Origin: Acidobacteriota bacterium
GTDB lineage: Bacteria; Acidobacteriota; UBA4820; DSQY01
Reading direction: 5' to 3'
Assembly: GCA_049967655.1 (NCBI GenBank)
Contig: JBMFSH010000009.1
Coordinates: 1-64,000 of the forward strand
Length of the DNA: 64,000 nucleotides
Made by a program: the position numbers and the translations under genes. The notes below the pieces were generated by a model. That model ran no database searches. It saw only the letters and a program-made list of their open reading frames with translations, and was not told the DNA's origin. Position 1 is the stretch's first letter; every line of letters starts with the position of its first letter. Shown here piece after piece: positions 49,778-58,614 of this stretch.

Positions 49778-51748
49778 CTATCGGGTGTAGCTGAAGCAGG
49801 CCGACTGGAGACCGCCCGGGTTGGTGACCGTCACGCAGACCGCCACTCCCTTCGGCACCATGGCCTTCAAGGCCGCTCCCTTTTTCGCAATCAGAACGGT
49901 GCCCGACTTGTAGGTCGCCGGCACTGCGACACCATCGATGAGCACCTGGCAACCCGTGATGAAGCCCTGGCCGACGATTTTGAGCCGGAACGGGTTGAGC
50001 ATTTTCTGGACATTGGTCACGATCGGGGCTCCCGGTGCCAGGCCCACGTGGATGATCAGGTGAGAATCGGTGGCCGTGTGGCCGGCCGAGTCCGAGGCGC
50101 TCAGGGACACCCCGTAGTCACCGTCCGAAGTGTAGGTGTGGCTCGGATTCTGGACCGCCGAGGTGGTCCCGTCGCCAAAACTCCAGGCGTACTGGTAGGG
50201 GGCGGAGCCGCCCGTGGCTGTCCCCGTAAAAGCCACTGTCAGAGGAGAGGCGCCTACCGTGGGAACGGCCGAGGCCACCACCGTGAAGTTGGAGTTGGCG
50301 GTGATCTGCAGATGGCCGTCCGTGGCCGTGGCCCCGGCCGAGTCCTGCACCGTCAGAGTCACCGTGTAGGTTCCCTCCGCCGAGTAGGTGTGCTGAGCGT
50401 TCTGCGTCGTCGCGGGGGCGGAACCGTCTCCGAAGTCCCACGACCAGGTGTAGGGCGCCGTACCCCCCGAGGCCGCGCCAGTGAAGTTAACCGTCAGGGG
50501 GATGGGCCCCGAGCTCTTGTCCGCCTGGGCAAAGGCGGCCAGCGCCCCGGGGGCGCTCACCTGTACCACCAGATGGGAATCCGTGGCGGTGGCCGAGGCC
50601 GAATCGGTGAGCGTCAGGCTCACGTGGAAGGTGCCGGCTTGGGTGTAGGTGTGGCTCACCGTTTGGCCCGATCCGGTGGCTTGGTCTCCGAAATTCCAGG
50701 CGTAGGTATAGGGCGGAGTTCCTCCCGAGCCGGTGGCGGTGAAAGAGACCGCCAGCGGGGCGTCGCCCGTCAAAGGGGCGCCGGCCGCGGCAACCGACAG
50801 CGCGGACGAAACCGTGATGGTCAGACTCTTGTCCTGGCTCTGCGCGCCGGCCGAGTCGGTGACCGTCAGCACTGGCTGGAAGGTGCCCGCGCTCTGGTAG
50901 GTGTGGCTGGGGTTCTGGACCGTCTTGTGGGCCGTCCCGTCACCGAACTTCCAGTCCCAGGTGTAGGGCGGACTTCCGCCCGAAGCCTTGCCGGTGAAGG
51001 CCACGGCTAAGGGCGCGACCCCGCTGGTGGGATCGGCCTGGGCCGAGGCCGCCAAGGGCACGGGGGGGGTCACCTCGTAGTCGAAATCGATCCCCCCCGT
51101 GAAGAGGGTGTACACGCCCAGGAGGTTGCTTCCGGGGCCGTTCAGCCCGAACACCGTCTTGGTGGGACTGCAACAGGTCGTTCCCGAGCAGGCCGGGACC
51201 GACGGCGCGGCAACGGTGCTGCTGCCCGTGGCCAGGTCATAGGGCAGGCTGCCGCTGGCGGTGGCCACCACCGACGCAAAGGAGCCGATCTGAACCGAGG
51301 TGGCCGAGGCCGACTCCATCTGCAGGCTGTACTTCTGGTCCGTCAGGACGACCACCGGTCCGAACTGGCCGGTGCCACAGATGGGGCCGCCGGTGGTTCC
51401 CACGATGGCGCCACCGTAATAGATCTGAATCCCAGTGGCCTGCGAGTAGAGGTCGAAGGGGCTCCGGGCGGCCGGCAGGAGGAGCAGGTCGCCCGCGCTG
51501 AAGTAGAGCCCCACGCTCGTGTCTCCGTACCCGTCGTGCAGGATGACATTGCCCTGCCCGGAATTGACGAGCAGGAACAGATACTGCGGGGTCGGGCTGG
51601 TGGTGCCCGTCGTGAAGCGGACGTGGTCCCCGCTCACGAGTGTGTAGCTCCCGTCACACCGGCCACCGTTGAAGACCGCCTGCCCGAAAGCGGCAAGCGA
51701 CAAGGCGGTCAGGAGGAGGGCGGCCGCAACCATCAGCCAGCGCTTCAT
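49778..51748 (-). CDS. Secreted protein with four PKD domains and a C-terminal Ig/IPT-like domain
   Basis: Signal peptide, four repeats of G..PL.V.FT..SGG.PY.W.FGD...QN..HTY, and a basic C-terminal beta domain. Confidence 0.88.
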   Translation of the reverse strand: MKRWLMVAAALLLTALSLAAFGQAVFNGGRCDGSYTLVSGDHVRFTTGTTSPTPQYLFLLVNSGQGNVILHDGYGDTSVGLYFSAGDLLLLPAARSPFDLYSQATGIQIYYGGAIVGTTGGPICGTGQFGPVVVLTDQKYSLQMESASATSVQIGSFASVVATASGSLPYDLATGSSTVAAPSVPACSGTTCCSPTKTVFGLNGPGSNLLGVYTLFTGGIDFDYEVTPPVPLAASAQADPTSGVAPLAVAFTGKASGGSPPYTWDWKFGDGTAHKTVQNPSHTYQSAGTFQPVLTVTDSAGAQSQDKSLTITVSSALSVAAAGAPLTGDAPLAVSFTATGSGGTPPYTYAWNFGDQATGSGQTVSHTYTQAGTFHVSLTLTDSASATATDSHLVVQVSAPGALAAFAQADKSSGPIPLTVNFTGAASGGTAPYTWSWDFGDGSAPATTQNAQHTYSAEGTYTVTLTVQDSAGATATDGHLQITANSNFTVVASAVPTVGASPLTVAFTGTATGGSAPYQYAWSFGDGTTSAVQNPSHTYTSDGDYGVSLSASDSAGHTATDSHLIIHVGLAPGAPIVTNVQKMLNPFRLKIVGQGFITGCQVLIDGVAVPATYKSGTVLIAKKGAALKAMVPKGVAVCVTVTNPGGLQSACFSYTR

Positions 51749-51853
51749 CGGATCACCTCCATGCTCCCCACAGTATAGGCCAATTCCCGGCGATGGTGGA
51801 GCGGTCTTGCGACCGCGGTTCCGGAACGCTACACTTCACGCACGGAGGAAGTC

Positions 51854-52456
51854 ATGTCCAAGGCCAGGCTCGGTGATCTTCTGCTGGAGGCCAATCTCAT
51901 CGACGAGGTGCAGCTCCGCATCGCCCTGGAGGAACAGAAGCGGAGGGGAACGAAGTTCGGCTCCACCCTCATCGCCCTCAATTTCATCGACGAAACGGTG
52001 CTCAGCGCCTTTCTCTCCAGGCAGCTCGACATGCCGTGCGTATCGCTGAGCAACATGGAGATCTCCCCCAGGGTTCTCTCCAAGGTCGGGCGGGATCTGG
52101 CGTGGGAGCAACAGGCCGTCCCCATCCGGCTGGAGCGGGAGAAACTCTACGTGGCCATGGCGGACCCGCTGGACGTGGAGGCCATCGAAGCCATCGAGCG
52201 TGCCTCGGGCTTCAGCGTGGTGCCGATGATCGCCCCCCAGTCCAGCATCCGAAGCTGCCTGGCGCGGCACTACCCCGACCCCGAGCAGACCCTTTCCGAG
52301 GTCCAGAGCGCGGTGGTGGGGGTCTTTCCCGAGCTGGTGCGCGAACTCAACGAGATGGACGTGTTCGAACCCCACTTCCAGAAGATCCTCGAACGCCTCG
52401 ACCATCTGGAGGAGCGCCTCGACCGGATCGAGGCCCTCCTGCTGAAGGGCCGCTGA
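51854..52456 (+). CDS. Stand-alone MshEN / GspE N-terminal domain protein (no ATPase)
   Basis: RLGDLLLEANLIDEVQLRIALEEQ and KFGSTLIALNFIDETVLSAFLSRQ, then VAMADPLD and a C-terminal coiled coil. No Walker motifs. Confidence 0.85.
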   Translation: MSKARLGDLLLEANLIDEVQLRIALEEQKRRGTKFGSTLIALNFIDETVLSAFLSRQLDMPCVSLSNMEISPRVLSKVGRDLAWEQQAVPIRLEREKLYVAMADPLDVEAIEAIERASGFSVVPMIAPQSSIRSCLARHYPDPEQTLSEVQSAVVGVFPELVRELNEMDVFEPHFQKILERLDHLEERLDRIEALLLKGR

Positions 52457-52492
52457 AAACAAACGCCGTAGGTGTTCCTCTCCGCTACCATC

Positions 52493-53251
52493 CTATTTCT
52501 TGCAGTGCTTTTGCTCTCCCGCGGGCTTCTGCATGAACTGCCCGTTTTCCAGCACGATGTCATCCTCGTAGCAGTGGGTGAGCACCGGCACATCGGGGAC
52601 TCGCGTCAGCGAATCGATCCCGTCGGAGCCCGTGCAGATGAGCACGAAGGACTGGTTGTCCTGGCTCACGCCGTACTGGTACTGGTGTCCCCACGGATCC
52701 TTGGGCAAAGCCTTGATGTACTGCGGGACCAGGTCTTTTTCCAGGCTCGAAAGGTCCACGATGCTGTAGTAGCTGTCGGCGTTGTGGCCCGGAGCCGGGT
52801 AGCCACCGCTGGCGTTCTTGTAGCTCTCCAGGGCGCCCGCCACCGCCTGCATGGTCGCCATGGCCTGGGCCTGGCGCGCCCGATCAGCCGCCTGGCCGAG
52901 CTTCGGCTTGAGGTAGAGGTAGCCCGCCACGGCCGCCAGGATGCAGAAGAACAGCAGCGCCACGAGGCCGACGAGAGATCCGATCAGGCATCCCCGCTTC
53001 TTGCCGGCCTTAGCCGCCGGCTCCGGCGGGCCAGCGGCCGCGGGTGCACCGGGCGGCTCCGCCGCGGCGGGCGGTACGGGGAGCCAGGGCGTTTGAGGCT
53101 CGGGAGGCGGAGCCTGGACGGGCGGCGCTACCGTCTCCACTTCGCCGAGCGGCGTCTGTCCGCCCGCAGCCGAGGGCCTTGGCGCACCACACTGGTTGCA
53201 GAATCGGCTCGCCTCCTGGTTCTCGGCGCCGCACTCGCAGGTCCATTCCAT
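52493..53251 (-). CDS. Zinc-ribbon + Pro-rich linker + TM + GspG (pseudopilin)-like domain protein
   Basis: WTCECGAEN..SRFCNQCG, a Pro/Ala linker, a TM helix, then ALESYKNASGGYP and YIKALPKDPWGHQYQY...GSDG. Confidence 0.75.
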   Translation of the reverse strand: MEWTCECGAENQEASRFCNQCGAPRPSAAGGQTPLGEVETVAPPVQAPPPEPQTPWLPVPPAAAEPPGAPAAAGPPEPAAKAGKKRGCLIGSLVGLVALLFFCILAAVAGYLYLKPKLGQAADRARQAQAMATMQAVAGALESYKNASGGYPAPGHNADSYYSIVDLSSLEKDLVPQYIKALPKDPWGHQYQYGVSQDNQSFVLICTGSDGIDSLTRVPDVPVLTHCYEDDIVLENGQFMQKPAGEQKHCKK

Positions 53252-53334
53252 GCCAACCTCCCGCAAGGTCCTTGCCCTTGGTTCATGGTCCAACCTTCAT
53301 GCTCGGCCAGTCTAACCCCCGTCCACGCAAAAGG

Positions 53335-53368
53335 AAAGGCCGCGGGGGCTCGGGCTCCCGCGGCCTTT
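53335..53368 (-). terminator. Rho-independent terminator after the TPR gene
   Basis: Stem aaaggccgcggg / cccgcggccttt, with a T-rich run following on the minus strand. Confidence 0.75.
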
Positions 53369-53390
53369 GGATCTGATTCGGAGGGGCGTG

Positions 53391-54368
53391 CTACTTCTTG
53401 CCCTTGATCTCTTTCAAGATCTTTGCCACTTCTTTTTTCTTGGCGTCGTCTTGCGAGACCTTCATGTAGGTTTCAAGGATCGGCACGGCCTTCGCGTAGT
53501 CCTTGAGATCCATGTAGCACTGGGCCTTTCCGAGAAGAGCGCGCTCTTCGTTGGGCCGCAGGGCAAGGATCTGGTCGTAGGTAGCCACGGCCTCGTCGTA
53601 TTTCTTCAGCTTCATCTGGCTGACGGCGATGTTGTGCAGGACCGCCGGCTTGTAGAGATCGCTCTTGGTCACCTTCACGTAATCCTGCAGCATGGGGATC
53701 GCCTTGTCGTACTTCTCCTGCTTCAGATACAACTGGGCCAGGGCGAGCTTGGGGGTGTCCTCGTCCGGCTTGGCGGCCACGGCCTTGAGGAGATAGGGCT
53801 CGGCCTTGTCGAGCTCGCCCTTCTGCATGAGCATGACGCCCACGTCGTAGGCCACGTCCTTGAAGCCGGGGTTGGTGGCCACGAGCTGGTCATACTGCTG
53901 CATGGCCTCCGGCATCTTGCCCATCTTCTCGTACAGGTGGCCCAGATTATAGCGGACCTCGTCCTGAGTGGGATCGATGGTCAGAATCTTCTGGTAGGTT
54001 TCGGCCACCTTGTCCTCCTGGTTCATCTCGTGGTAGCAGGTGGCCTCATACTCGAGGGCCTTGATGCCGAAAGGATTCAGCTCGGCCGCCTTCTCGAACG
54101 CGGCGAGGGCGTCCGGGTAGTGCTTGAGGTCGAAGTGCGCCACACCCAGATCGATGTAGAGCCCCTCGGTGACCTGCTTGGCCGCGATGAACTTATTGGC
54201 CATATCGATGGCCTTCTGGTATTCGCCCTTCGCGATCAGGTCCTCGATCTTCACGCTCTCCTTGCTCTGCTTCTCTTTCTCTTTGCCGCCTTTGCCCGTC
54301 TGGGCCCAACAGAGTGACGCGGAGAGGGCGAGAGCAACCACCAGAAACACCGAAAGAAAACGACGCAT
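53391..54368 (-). CDS. Exported tetratricopeptide repeat protein
   Basis: Signal peptide (MRRFLSVFLVVALALSASLCWA) and multiple TPR motifs. AGGAGG RBS. Confidence 0.85.
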   Translation of the reverse strand: MRRFLSVFLVVALALSASLCWAQTGKGGKEKEKQSKESVKIEDLIAKGEYQKAIDMANKFIAAKQVTEGLYIDLGVAHFDLKHYPDALAAFEKAAELNPFGIKALEYEATCYHEMNQEDKVAETYQKILTIDPTQDEVRYNLGHLYEKMGKMPEAMQQYDQLVATNPGFKDVAYDVGVMLMQKGELDKAEPYLLKAVAAKPDEDTPKLALAQLYLKQEKYDKAIPMLQDYVKVTKSDLYKPAVLHNIAVSQMKLKKYDEAVATYDQILALRPNEERALLGKAQCYMDLKDYAKAVPILETYMKVSQDDAKKKEVAKILKEIKGKK

Positions 54369-54407
54369 ACAGATTCCTCCTCTTTGCCCCCCTGGGCACA
54401 AGGGTCT

Positions 54408-54437
54408 AAGGTACACCCCCTTGCGACACGCTGTCAA
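54408..54437 (-). promoter_or_regulatory. Putative sigma70 promoter of the TPR gene
   Basis: Minus strand TTGACA-N18-TACCTT. Confidence 0.55.
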
Positions 54438-54688
54438 ATATAGGCCCAGTGGACCTTAGCCGCCGCCACGCACGTCCCTGGCGAGGCCGCGGCCCGCCCG
54501 CGGCCCCGAAAGCAGGCCGATCAAGAGAGGGCCGGAATTCATGGCCGTCCAAAACCCATTCGACTCGCACTTGAGGGCTCTCCCTTCCGAAACGAAACGG
54601 AGGAAGGCGCGTCCCCTAGCCGGCACGGTGGCCTGTTTGGGACGGGCATGTGTTGCGATATACTGATCGCGTTTTGAAGGGGAAGACC

Positions 54689-56332
54689 ATGGCGACGGAG
54701 ACTACCCGCAGAGAGGAACTCTGGCGCCGCTATATCGAGGAGAGCCGCGCCAGGCTCGACGACGCCGAGAACTGGATCGCGGAGCTGCGGACCCGGCACG
54801 AGGACCCGGCCCCGCTGGAGAAGCTCCACGTGGTCTTTCACGATTTTGCGGGATCGGGAGCCCTCTACGCCGCCCCTCGCGTCAGCTCCCTCGGGGGCGA
54901 CGGCGAGTACATGTGCTACAGCATCTCCATGGCAGGACGATCCCCTTCCGAGGATGAGCTCGAGGAGCTTTCCGGCTTGGTGCGGCGGCTCCGTGTCGAG
55001 TTTCAGGACCTAGTCGCGCGGACCGCTGGGTTGTCCTCCCATGTGCCTCACAGCCGCGTAACCCCGCTGATGCTCGCGGTGGCTCCGCCCTTCGAAGGCG
55101 AGGAACCCTTCCAGGCCTACTTCGCCAAGAGGGGCGTGAAGCTGGAGCTCACCCACTCCCTGGAGGAGGCCAGGCAGAAACTGCGGACCGAGCTCCCCGA
55201 CATGGCCCTCGTGGCGGGACGCCTCCCCGATGGCAGCGGTTACGAGTTCGTGGGCCACCTGCGCGTGGCGGAGGGAGGTCGGACCATACCGGTCCTTCTG
55301 CTGGGCGACCAGGCGGGATTCACGGACAAACTGGAGGCCATCCGCTCCGGCGTGGACGCCTTCGTTCCCAGCCCTCCCGAGGCTCCCGAGGTTTACCGGA
55401 AGGTCAAGAGCCTGCTCGGGCGCAGGCGAGTGGCCCAGTCTCGAGTCCTCGTGGTGGAGGACGACCCAGCCCAGGCGCGGCTTATCGAGCAGTGCCTGCA
55501 CAGCGCCGGCTATTCGGTCCACGTCCTGGCGGATCCCAAACAGTTCGACCGGGTGCTGCGCACCGCGCACCCCCACCTGATCCTCATGGACGTGCTGCTC
55601 CCCGGCGTCAGCGGCTACGACCTGGTGCGGTACCTCCGGCAGGAGGAGGGCTTCACGCTCGTGCCCGTAATCTTCCTAACCACGGAGGGCCAACGAAAGG
55701 CGCAGATCCTCGGCTCCGAGGCGGGCGGCGACGACTACCTGGTGAAACCCGTCTCCCCGGAGGATCTCCTGGTCGCCATCCGCTCGCGGCTGATCCGCTA
55801 TCGGAGCCTGCAGGAGATAATGGAGCGGGACGAGCTCACCGCGCTCCTCGCGCCAGGGCCGTTCCTCCAGCAGGCGAGGCTCTGCCTCAACCGGTACGCG
55901 AGGCGACAGGTACCCTACGCCTTGGTGCTGATGCAGGTGGACGGCATGGTCGGGCACGTGACGAACTTCGGCCCCTCGGCGCGGGACCACCTGCTGCAAA
56001 CCCTCTCCCGCTTCCTCCAGCAAAGACTGAGGCAGACCGACATTCTGGGGCGCCATGGCGCCGACGTGGTGGGTGCCGTGCTCGAACACCTCTCGGACGA
56101 TGACGCCGTGCGGCTCATGCGACGAATCCAGAAGGAGTTCGAGGCCAGGGAGACGCCGGTTGGCCTGGGGCACACGGTGCGGACCTCTTTCTGCGCGGGC
56201 ATCGCCATGGTGGCCCCCAGCTACAAGACCCTGAAGGAGTGGCTGGGCGCGGCCACGGACGCCCTCACCCAGGCCAGGAGCTACGGCCCCGGCCGCACCT
56301 TCGTGGCTGGCCGCTCCATCCCCGAGGAGTAG
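54689..56332 (+). CDS. Hpt-REC-REC-GGDEF(degenerate) signalling protein
   Basis: Hpt motif FHDFAGSG. REC1 lacks the phospho-Asp (ALVAG), while REC2 is intact (VEDD, ILMD, FLT, KP). The GGDEF fold (DELTAL) has RQTD and GRHGADVV. Confidence 0.85.
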   Translation: MATETTRREELWRRYIEESRARLDDAENWIAELRTRHEDPAPLEKLHVVFHDFAGSGALYAAPRVSSLGGDGEYMCYSISMAGRSPSEDELEELSGLVRRLRVEFQDLVARTAGLSSHVPHSRVTPLMLAVAPPFEGEEPFQAYFAKRGVKLELTHSLEEARQKLRTELPDMALVAGRLPDGSGYEFVGHLRVAEGGRTIPVLLLGDQAGFTDKLEAIRSGVDAFVPSPPEAPEVYRKVKSLLGRRRVAQSRVLVVEDDPAQARLIEQCLHSAGYSVHVLADPKQFDRVLRTAHPHLILMDVLLPGVSGYDLVRYLRQEEGFTLVPVIFLTTEGQRKAQILGSEAGGDDYLVKPVSPEDLLVAIRSRLIRYRSLQEIMERDELTALLAPGPFLQQARLCLNRYARRQVPYALVLMQVDGMVGHVTNFGPSARDHLLQTLSRFLQQRLRQTDILGRHGADVVGAVLEHLSDDDAVRLMRRIQKEFEARETPVGLGHTVRTSFCAGIAMVAPSYKTLKEWLGAATDALTQARSYGPGRTFVAGRSIPEE

Positions 56333-56504
56333 ATTCGGAGATCGGGAGCGGAGGGCGGACGGGCCGTCGGTCGGCGGTATTCCCGCCAGGACCTTGCGCG
56401 CTTCCGTCGCGGTTCCCAGCTTCTGACCCACGGCTACAAACTGATCGGCTTCCCCCGCGCACTCCCCTCTCGGCGCTGATTTTCCTTGCGGCCGCAGCGG
56501 CGTC

Positions 56505-57497
56505 TCAGATCAGGTGGAGCAGGTGGCGCTCCAGGATGGACCAGGGCTCTCCCGGCTCCCCCTTGAGGGCCAGGTCCAGCTCGTAGAGGGCCCCGAGGGT
56601 CGAGCGGACCCGGGCTTCGGGCCAACGAGGGGCGACCTTCAGGAGCTTCTGCAGGGGCAGCGGGTGCCCCTGGCCCACCTCCCTGGGCGACAGGTCCGAG
56701 GCGCGCCTGCCGCGGGCGAGTTGGCCGTGGAGCAGGAGAAGGCTCCGCATCTGCTTGCCGAGCATACCGGCAAAGGCGAGCGGTGCCGCGGCGGAATCGC
56801 GGCGGATGCCCTCCAGCAGGGCCACGAAGCGGTCCCGCCGTCCCTCCAGAAAGGCGTCCTGCAGGTCCCACTGGCGGGGCGTGCCCCCCGCGCCCAGGAG
56901 GCGGTCCAGATCCTCCGCCTCCACGGTCCGCTCGTCGATCCGGTAGAGGAAGAGCAGATCGAGGGCCGAGGCCAGGAGGCCGAGATCGCCGCAGGCCCAC
57001 TCCTCCAGGGCCCTCGCCGCATCCGGAGCCACTCGGTAGCCCTCGGCCCTGGCCCGGTCCTGGATGAAGGCTCGGGCCCCCTTCGGGTTCAGGTCCCTCC
57101 ACTCCACGGAGGAGAGCAGGGCCGCCCAGGCCGCCGGCGGACTCTTGAAATCCATCTCCCCCTCGTACTCTACGAGCAGGGCGGTGGTGGCCACGGGATG
57201 CTCCAGGTAGCCGGCGAGGTCCGCGAGCAGTTCGGGGGCGGCCGCTTCGGCGTGGCGGAGACGCACCACCTGGCGCTCCTGCCACATGGGCACGGAACGG
57301 AGTTCCGCCATGAGCGCCGACGGGGCGAGCCCGGCGGCGTCCAGCGGCGCGGCGCCCTCCGCCCCGCCCCACTGGGCGCACCACGCCGCGGAGGCGGCCC
57401 CGATGAACCGCCCGTCGCGGGCCACCAGCAACAGGTTCTGCGGCCAGGTTCGCGCCGGCCCTCCCGTGCCCCTCTGAGACGTACTCCGGTCCATCAT
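56505..57497 (-). CDS. holA: DNA polymerase III subunit delta
   Basis: ELRSVPMW..RQVVRL, LAGYLEHP..T.LL, GDLGLL, WDLQDA and LYELDLALKG. Confidence 0.75.
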   Translation of the reverse strand: MMDRSTSQRGTGGPARTWPQNLLLVARDGRFIGAASAAWCAQWGGAEGAAPLDAAGLAPSALMAELRSVPMWQERQVVRLRHAEAAAPELLADLAGYLEHPVATTALLVEYEGEMDFKSPPAAWAALLSSVEWRDLNPKGARAFIQDRARAEGYRVAPDAARALEEWACGDLGLLASALDLLFLYRIDERTVEAEDLDRLLGAGGTPRQWDLQDAFLEGRRDRFVALLEGIRRDSAAAPLAFAGMLGKQMRSLLLLHGQLARGRRASDLSPREVGQGHPLPLQKLLKVAPRWPEARVRSTLGALYELDLALKGEPGEPWSILERHLLHLI

Positions 57498-57498
57498 G

Positions 57499-58614
57499 TC
57501 AGCCTGCCGAGTGGGGGTCCAGGGCCTCCCGCAGGCCCTCGCCCACCAGATTGTACGACAGCACCGAGAGGAAAATGGCAGCCCCCGGGAAGAGGCCGAG
57601 CCACCAGGCGGACCAGTAGCGCGTCACGAGGCTGAGGATGTTGCCCCACGAGGGCTCCGGGGGCTGGACCCCCACGCCCAGGAAGGAAACCGCCGACTCC
57701 AGGAGGATGCTCCCCGCTACGGCGAAGGTGGCGTTCACCAGCAGCGGGGTGAGGGCATTGGGCAGGAGGTGGCGGAAGGCCACGCGCACCGGGCCGGCAC
57801 CCGCCGCCAGCGCCGATGCGGCCATGTCCGAATCCTTCAGCCTCATGAATTCCGCCCTGGTATAACGAGCCAGGCCCGGCCAACTCGTGAGGCCGATCAC
57901 CAGCATCACGGTCCAGGCGTTGAGGTAGCGGGGGTCCATCACCGCCACCACGGCCAGAAGGAGGAAGAAGGTCGGGAAGCACATCATCACCTCGATGAGG
58001 CGCGAGACCACCACCATGTCCACCCAGCCTCCGGCGTAGCCGCCCAACGCCCCGACGGCCACCCCGATGATAAGGGCCACCCCCACGGCGAGAAAGCCCA
58101 CGAGGAGGGAGACCCGCGCGCCGTAGAGCATCCGGGCGCAGACGTCCCGTCCGCTGTCGTCGCACCCGAAGGGATGCCGCCGGCTCAGGGAGGGCCCCAG
58201 GTTGACGTCCCTCAGGCGCGTCTCGTAGGGCGAATAGGGCACGGGGGGAAGGAGGAAGAACCCCACCCGCGGATCCGGCTTCACCGGGAGGTCCAGGAGC
58301 CAGTCGGGGTCCGCCGCCAGCCTCAGTTCCACCGCATCCTTCGGGAGCAGGTGGTTGAGCGGCGGAAGCTCTCGAAAGGCGGGAAAGCTCCAGCGGCCTT
58401 CGTACCGGATAAGGAGCGGCTCGTTGTTGGCGATGAGCGGGGCGAAGTAGGCGGCAGCGAGAAGGAATCCCACGAAACAGAGACCGGCCATCGCCCCCTT
58501 GGAGCGCCGGAACCGCGTCCACAGGGTACCGGCGGAATCTCCGCAAGAGCTGGGAGGCGCGGCGGCCCCTGCCTCCGCCCTGGGCTTCACCGCGCCCTCC
58601 TCGCGCCCGCTCAC
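57499..58614 (-). CDS. Peptide ABC transporter permease (OppC/DppC-like)
   Basis: HPFGCDDSGRDV, YGARVSLLVG, FRHLLPNA, ESAVSFLGVG and PSWG. The GTG start overlaps the upstream stop. Confidence 0.9.
   Translation of the reverse strand: MSGREEGAVKPRAEAGAAAPPSSCGDSAGTLWTRFRRSKGAMAGLCFVGFLLAAAYFAPLIANNEPLLIRYEGRWSFPAFRELPPLNHLLPKDAVELRLAADPDWLLDLPVKPDPRVGFFLLPPVPYSPYETRLRDVNLGPSLSRRHPFGCDDSGRDVCARMLYGARVSLLVGFLAVGVALIIGVAVGALGGYAGGWVDMVVVSRLIEVMMCFPTFFLLLAVVAVMDPRYLNAWTVMLVIGLTSWPGLARYTRAEFMRLKDSDMAASALAAGAGPVRVAFRHLLPNALTPLLVNATFAVAGSILLESAVSFLGVGVQPPEPSWGNILSLVTRYWSAWWLGLFPGAAIFLSVLSYNLVGEGLREALDPHSAG

Noticed and set aside
54440..54650. c-di-GMP riboswitch upstream of the Hpt-REC-GGDEF gene
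   Set aside because: Hairpins with GAAA are present, but the GEMM consensus elements are not found on either strand.
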